This document shows positions 59,426 to 64,000 of a stretch of DNA of 64,000 nt, one piece after another. Below the pieces are notes generated by a model. The model was not told the origin of the DNA and did no database searches. It saw only the letters and a list, made by a program, of their open reading frames with translations. The translations under genes were made by a program, and so were the position numbers. The stretch lies in NCBI GenBank assembly GCA_041395245.1, contig JAWLAY010000023.1:7351-71350 (forward strand). Direction: 5' to 3'. Positions within the stretch are counted from its first letter, which is position 1. Each line of letters begins with the position of its first letter. Origin of the DNA: Lysobacteraceae bacterium (lineage in GTDB: Bacteria; Pseudomonadota; Gammaproteobacteria; Xanthomonadales; Xanthomonadaceae).

Positions 59426-59452
59426 AGAAGCCCCGCCTTGTGCGGGGCTTCT
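59426..59452 (+). terminator. groESL terminator
   Basis: agaagccccgc-cttgt-gcggggcttct followed by acttt. Confidence 0.8.
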
Positions 59453-59541
59453 ACTTTGGTCCCTGTCGCAGCACGAACCGTGTTGGATGACCCCGCACCT
59501 TGGCATACTCCTGCCTGATCCCAACGCACCCAGGCGTTTAG

Positions 59542-62436
59542 ATGTCCTCACTGGCCGCCTCTCAGCACGGCAAGGCCGGCCCCAGCGCTTATTCTGGGGC
59601 GCCTCGCTATACCCACCACCAAGGCAAGTTCTTCGCGCACTGGCTCACATTGAAAAGCCGGGACGAAGAGGCGATGACTCGTGCCCTGTCGACGGCCCGC
59701 GTCGACATGAACCCGCATCAAGTCGACGCGGCCCTGTTCGCCCTGAAGTCACCGGTAGAGGCAGGCGTTCTGCTCGCCGATGAAGTGGGTCTTGGCAAGA
59801 CGATCGAAGCAGGCCTCGTGCTCGCCCAATACTGGGCTCAGCGTCGGCGACGACTGCTGCTGGTGGTGCCTGCCACACTGCGCAAGCAGTGGCGGCAAGA
59901 ACTGGAAGAGAAGTTCCAGCTCCCGGCCACGATTCTCGAAAGCAAGTCCTTCAACGATGCGCGCCGCACGGGTGGGCCCAACCCCTTCGAACCCGCGGAC
60001 AGCATCGTCATCACCTCTTACGAGTTCGCTGCCTCCAAGCAGGCCGCGCTGCAGGCGGTGCCCTGGGACCTCGTGGTGCTCGACGAAGCCCACAAGCTGC
60101 GCAATCTCTACAAGGGCAAGGGCGCCAAACGTGCGGCAGCCCTCAATGAGGCGCTGCGTGGCCGTCGCAAGGTGTTGCTCACCGCCACACCCTTTCAGAA
60201 CTCACTGATGGAGCTGTACGGGCTGGTGTCCTTCATCAGCGAGGAGTTCTTCGGCAGCCAGCAGGCATTCCAGATCCAGTACGCCGCTGGCCGCAGCTCG
60301 GAAGCGCGGCTCAACGAGCTGAGGCGTCGCCTGCAGCCGATCTGCCACCGCACCTTGCGCCGTCAGGTGCAGATGGAAGGCGGTATCAACTTCACCAAGC
60401 GCTTCTCGATCACCCAGGACTTCACGCCCTCGGATCAGGAATTCGAGCTGTACGAAAAGGTCTCGGCCTATCTACAGGATCCGTCGATCATGGCGATCAA
60501 GCCGACCGCCCGTCACCTGGTGACCCTGGTGGTGCGCAAGATCCTCGCCTCGTCCACCTTCGCGATCGCCGACACGCTCGACACCATTGTTCAGCGCCTC
60601 GAAAGTCGCCAAGCGCTGACGGCGCAGCTGATCGAAGACTACGACACCGTCGACGAACTCAGTGACGAGTTGGACTCCGACGACAGCGAAATCGAGCCAC
60701 CGAGCAGCGAAGCTCTGCAGGCCGAGCTGCTGTGTCGAGCGCAGGAGATTGAGCGCCTCAGCGGCTATCGCGACCTCGCGCGCCAGATCCACACCAACCG
60801 CAAGGGCGAAGCCCTGCTGCAGGTGCTGGATCGCGCTTTTGTCATGACGGAGCGCCTGGGCGGCCAGCGCAAGGCCGTGATCTTTACCGAGTCGCGCCGC
60901 ACTCAGGACTATCTGCGCGAGCTGCTGGAGTCCAACGGCTTCGCTGGCCGCACCGTGCTTCTGAACGGCAGCAATGACGATGCCGACTCCAAGACGCTGT
61001 ACACCGACTGGTGCAAACGTCACGCGGGCACGGCGCTGGTCTCGGGCTCCAAGACCGCCGACATGAAGGCGGCTGTGGTCGAGGCCTTTCGCGACACGCG
61101 GGACATTTTGATCACCACAGAAGCAGGCGGCGAAGGCATCAACCTGCAGTTCTGCTCTGTGCTGATCAACTACGACCTGCCCTGGAACCCGCAGCGCGTC
61201 GAGCAGCGCATCGGCCGCGTGCATCGTTATGGCCAGAAGAACGATGTCGTCGTGGTCAACTTCGTCAACCGCCGCAACCGGGCGGATGAGCTGGTCTACG
61301 ACCTGCTGGCAAAGAAGTTCAAGTTGTTCGATGGCGTGTTCGGCGCCAGCGACGAGATACTCGGCGCCATCGAATCGGGTGTGAGCATCGAACAGCGCAT
61401 CCATGCGATCTACCAGGGCTGCCGCGACCGCGCTCAAATCGACGCCGAGTTCGAGGCGTTGCAAAAAGAACTCGACGAAGGCATCAGCCGCCGTGAGGAA
61501 GACGCCCGCCGCGCCCTGCTGGAAAACGTCGACGAAGACGTGATCCGCAAGCTGCGCTCGCGCCGCACCGGCATGCTGCACAGGATCAACGACTACGAGC
61601 AGCAGTTCATCCGCTTGATCGAAGCCGAGCGGCCGCAGGCGGTGGTGGAAGACAAGCTAGTCTTGCTGGACGAAGGCCGCTACGCCGTCAGCTGGCCACC
61701 GGCTCGCGACGCCCACGCTGGCCTGTTGCGACCCGATCAAGGCCTCGGCGAAGCGCTCTGCGAAGCCGCCAAGCACCGACCCACGCCCGGCGGCACCCTG
61801 CACTTCAACTATGCGGCGCTAAGCACCCAGCTCACCGACGTGCGCGAGCACCTGGGCCAGCGTGGCCAGCTGCGCGTGGCGGTGGTGCGCATCGAAGCCG
61901 CTGGCGAAGTGATCGAGGAACTTGTCTGCAGTGCCGTGCGCGAAGATAGCCTCGCACTCTCGGACGAAACCGCAGCCAGGCTGCTGGCGGTGCCCGCGCG
62001 CTTCGTGCCGCAGCATCGCATTGCCGAAGAGGCTCGCCTGCCGGCGTTTGAAGCGGCGCTCGCGCGCGTGCTCGGTGCAGCCAACAAGCGCAACGAGCGT
62101 TGGTTCATGGAAGAGTCCGAGCGACTAGACCGCTGGGCCGAAGATCAGCGCCTGCTGCTGAAGCAACAGGTGGACGCGCTCGACCTCGTCATTCGCGACG
62201 CCAAGCGCGAGCTGCGCCAGCTGGAGACCCTGGAAGACAAGGCCAAGCTCAAACGCGAGATCAAGCGCGTCGAGCAGCAGCGCGACGATGCCATGCTCGG
62301 CTTCTACGAGAACAAGAAAAAGATCGACCAGCGCCAGGACGAGCTGCTAGACGCCATCGAAGCAGCCCTGCGCCTGCGGCACCACGTGGAAGTGCTGTTC
62401 GCTGTGGAATGGACGCTGGAGGACATCAACGAATGA
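59542..62436 (+). CDS. SNF2-family helicase/ATPase with a C-terminal coiled coil
   Basis: LLADEVGLGKT, LDEAHKL, LTATPFQN, TEAGGEGINLQ, YDLPWNPQRVEQRIGR. Confidence 0.93.
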   Translation: MSSLAASQHGKAGPSAYSGAPRYTHHQGKFFAHWLTLKSRDEEAMTRALSTARVDMNPHQVDAALFALKSPVEAGVLLADEVGLGKTIEAGLVLAQYWAQRRRRLLLVVPATLRKQWRQELEEKFQLPATILESKSFNDARRTGGPNPFEPADSIVITSYEFAASKQAALQAVPWDLVVLDEAHKLRNLYKGKGAKRAAALNEALRGRRKVLLTATPFQNSLMELYGLVSFISEEFFGSQQAFQIQYAAGRSSEARLNELRRRLQPICHRTLRRQVQMEGGINFTKRFSITQDFTPSDQEFELYEKVSAYLQDPSIMAIKPTARHLVTLVVRKILASSTFAIADTLDTIVQRLESRQALTAQLIEDYDTVDELSDELDSDDSEIEPPSSEALQAELLCRAQEIERLSGYRDLARQIHTNRKGEALLQVLDRAFVMTERLGGQRKAVIFTESRRTQDYLRELLESNGFAGRTVLLNGSNDDADSKTLYTDWCKRHAGTALVSGSKTADMKAAVVEAFRDTRDILITTEAGGEGINLQFCSVLINYDLPWNPQRVEQRIGRVHRYGQKNDVVVVNFVNRRNRADELVYDLLAKKFKLFDGVFGASDEILGAIESGVSIEQRIHAIYQGCRDRAQIDAEFEALQKELDEGISRREEDARRALLENVDEDVIRKLRSRRTGMLHRINDYEQQFIRLIEAERPQAVVEDKLVLLDEGRYAVSWPPARDAHAGLLRPDQGLGEALCEAAKHRPTPGGTLHFNYAALSTQLTDVREHLGQRGQLRVAVVRIEAAGEVIEELVCSAVREDSLALSDETAARLLAVPARFVPQHRIAEEARLPAFEAALARVLGAANKRNERWFMEESERLDRWAEDQRLLLKQQVDALDLVIRDAKRELRQLETLEDKAKLKREIKRVEQQRDDAMLGFYENKKKIDQRQDELLDAIEAALRLRHHVEVLFAVEWTLEDINE

Positions 62437-63743
62437 GCGCGGGGCAGGAACTCAATGAGCTGCTCAGCCAGATCCGGCTGGGCGAGGATTCACGCGTCGA
62501 GTTCAAGCGGGTGATCGTCGAGCAGGGCAGGGTCAAGGCGCCGAACGCCGACAGCCTGTGTCAGGAGATCGCAGCACTCGCCAACTCGATGGGCGGGCGC
62601 CTGATCCTGGGCGTGGATGACAAGACCCGCGAGGTGCTGGGCATCGATCACGAAAGCCTGGATATCGTTGGCACCTGGGTAGAGCACAACGTGCATTCGC
62701 GCATCGAGCCCGAACCGGGCATCGAGCTTCGGCGCATGCAGGTGCCCGACAGCCGCGGCGAAGACCGGGCGGTTCTGGTGGTCGACGTGATGCGATCGAT
62801 CTACGTGCATCGCGCGCCGGGCGGCTATTTCCGCCGTCAGGGCAGCTCCAAGTACGAGTTGTCGCCCAATGAGCTGTTCCGCCTGCTGCAGTCGCGGCAG
62901 CGCGCGGGCACCCTGGGCTTTGACGAAACCCCGGTATTCGGCTGCAGCCCCGCCAACCTGGAGCCCGAACTGTACGAGCGCTTCATTGGCCGCACCGATG
63001 AGCCGGCAGAATTGCGCCTGCGCAAGATGAAGCTGCGCGTCAGTGCCGAGGACGGCGAGGAATGGGCCAGCGTCGCCGGCGTACTGATGGCCACATCGCA
63101 GCCCAGCACCTGGCTGCGTAGTGCCTACATCCAGTGCGTGCACTATGCAGGCACCGAGAAGAACGCCCAGGACCAGCTGGACGCCCAGGACTACGTGGGC
63201 CCGCTGGATGCGCAGATTCTGGAGGCCACCGCCTTCGTGCTGCGCGGCATGCGCATCGCCGCGCGCAAGCAGCTGGGCCGTATCGATGTGCCGCAGTTCG
63301 ACAGCGACGCGGTGTTCGAAGCCATCGCCAATGCCGGCGCCCACCGCGACTACTCGCAAGTCGGCGCGCCGGTGCAGGTGCATCTGTTTGCGGATCGGCT
63401 TGAGATCACCTCGCCCGGCGCCCTGCCGAACTCGCAGTCGGTCGACTCCATCGCCCTGCGCACCGCCACCCGCAACGAACTGCTGACCAACCTGCTGGCG
63501 CGCTGCCCGGTGAAGCTCGACGGCGTGGCGCGCGCGCGCGTCATGGAACAACGCGGCGAAGGCGTGCCGCAGATCCTGAGCCGCAGCGAGCGCCTGTCTG
63601 GTCGCCGACCCAAGTTCGAACTGCTGGGCGAGAACGCCCTGCGCGTCACCCTGTACGCCGCCGACCCGCAGACCAGCCCGATGGTGCGCGAAGCCGAATC
63701 CATCCGCTATGGCCTGCCGCGCGGCGGCCCCGACCAAGATTGA
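62433..63743 (+). CDS. AlbA_2 (Schlafen-like) domain plus HATPase_c_4 domain protein
   Basis: GEDSRVEFK...IAALANSMGGRLILGVDD; EAIANAGAHRDYS, DRLEITSPG.L, RNELL..LL, MEQRGEGV. Confidence 0.88.
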   Translation: MSAGQELNELLSQIRLGEDSRVEFKRVIVEQGRVKAPNADSLCQEIAALANSMGGRLILGVDDKTREVLGIDHESLDIVGTWVEHNVHSRIEPEPGIELRRMQVPDSRGEDRAVLVVDVMRSIYVHRAPGGYFRRQGSSKYELSPNELFRLLQSRQRAGTLGFDETPVFGCSPANLEPELYERFIGRTDEPAELRLRKMKLRVSAEDGEEWASVAGVLMATSQPSTWLRSAYIQCVHYAGTEKNAQDQLDAQDYVGPLDAQILEATAFVLRGMRIAARKQLGRIDVPQFDSDAVFEAIANAGAHRDYSQVGAPVQVHLFADRLEITSPGALPNSQSVDSIALRTATRNELLTNLLARCPVKLDGVARARVMEQRGEGVPQILSRSERLSGRRPKFELLGENALRVTLYAADPQTSPMVREAESIRYGLPRGGPDQD

Positions 63744-63749
63744 GACCCG

Positions 63750-64000
63750 ATGAGCCGTAAACCCAAGCTGGAGCTGACCTGGGTCGGCAAGGACGAACGC
63801 CCGCGGCTGGAGCCGCGCATCCTGCTGGAGCAGTCGGAGCTGAGCTACCACGCGAAGCACCGCGTCAGCGAAGCCGACCGCTTCGACAATCTGCTGATCC
63901 ACGGCGACAACCTGCTGGCACTCAAAGCCCTGGAGCAGGAGTTCCGCGGCCAGGTGAAGTGCATTTTCATCGACCCGCCCTACAACACCGGCAGCGCGTT
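63750..64000 (+). CDS. Type III Mod-like site-specific DNA methyltransferase, 5' part (runs off the window)
   Basis: KLELTWVGK, NLLIHGDNLLALKAL and catalytic IFIDPPYNTG. Confidence 0.88.
   Translation, partial: MSRKPKLELTWVGKDERPRLEPRILLEQSELSYHAKHRVSEADRFDNLLIHGDNLLALKALEQEFRGQVKCIFIDPPYNTGSA

Noticed and set aside
59542-64000. Calling the locus DISARM or BREX
   Set aside because: The methyltransferase N-terminus is type III Mod-like and no DrmA/B/C or Brx/Pgl genes are visible in the window.

Overview
GC-rich chromosomal segment, most likely from a Xanthomonadales (Lysobacterales) bacterium; the taxon is inferred from gene content, the groESL/CIRCE arrangement and protein style, not from a search. 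From left to right: (1) ~0.2-6 kb is a mosaic of mobile DNA, with an ISCR/IS91-family element plus its groEL 3' fragment inserted head-to-head into a second, truncated ISCR transposase, an ISL3-family IS, and four truncated passenger genes. (2) 6-16 kb holds a lipid A/envelope glycosylation cluster (two ArnT-like GT39s, an ArnC-like GT2, a double LAB_N protein), an orphan kinase with a degenerate ATPase domain, a BaeSR-like pair and a Tat-exported intradiol-dioxygenase-like fusion. (3) glgC-glgA follow. (4) 20.7-40.4 kb is an accessory block of exported proteins with its own two-component system and an ECF sigma/Ser-Thr kinase pair. Six unrelated exported proteins there carry the same short terminal motif [ILV]F-x-[DNS]-G-F-E; this is the strongest candidate for an undescribed system, possibly a sorting or surface-docking tag. 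(5) aceK, phnA-like and a class D beta-lactamase come next. (6) A lipase-DUF1302-DUF1329-YCF48-RND/MMPL operon looks like a lipid trafficking system. (7) CIRCE-groES-groEL is followed by a SNF2 helicase, an AlbA/HATPase gene and a type III-like methyltransferase that runs off the window. No rRNA, tRNA or CRISPR array was seen. All family assignments come from motif recognition by eye.
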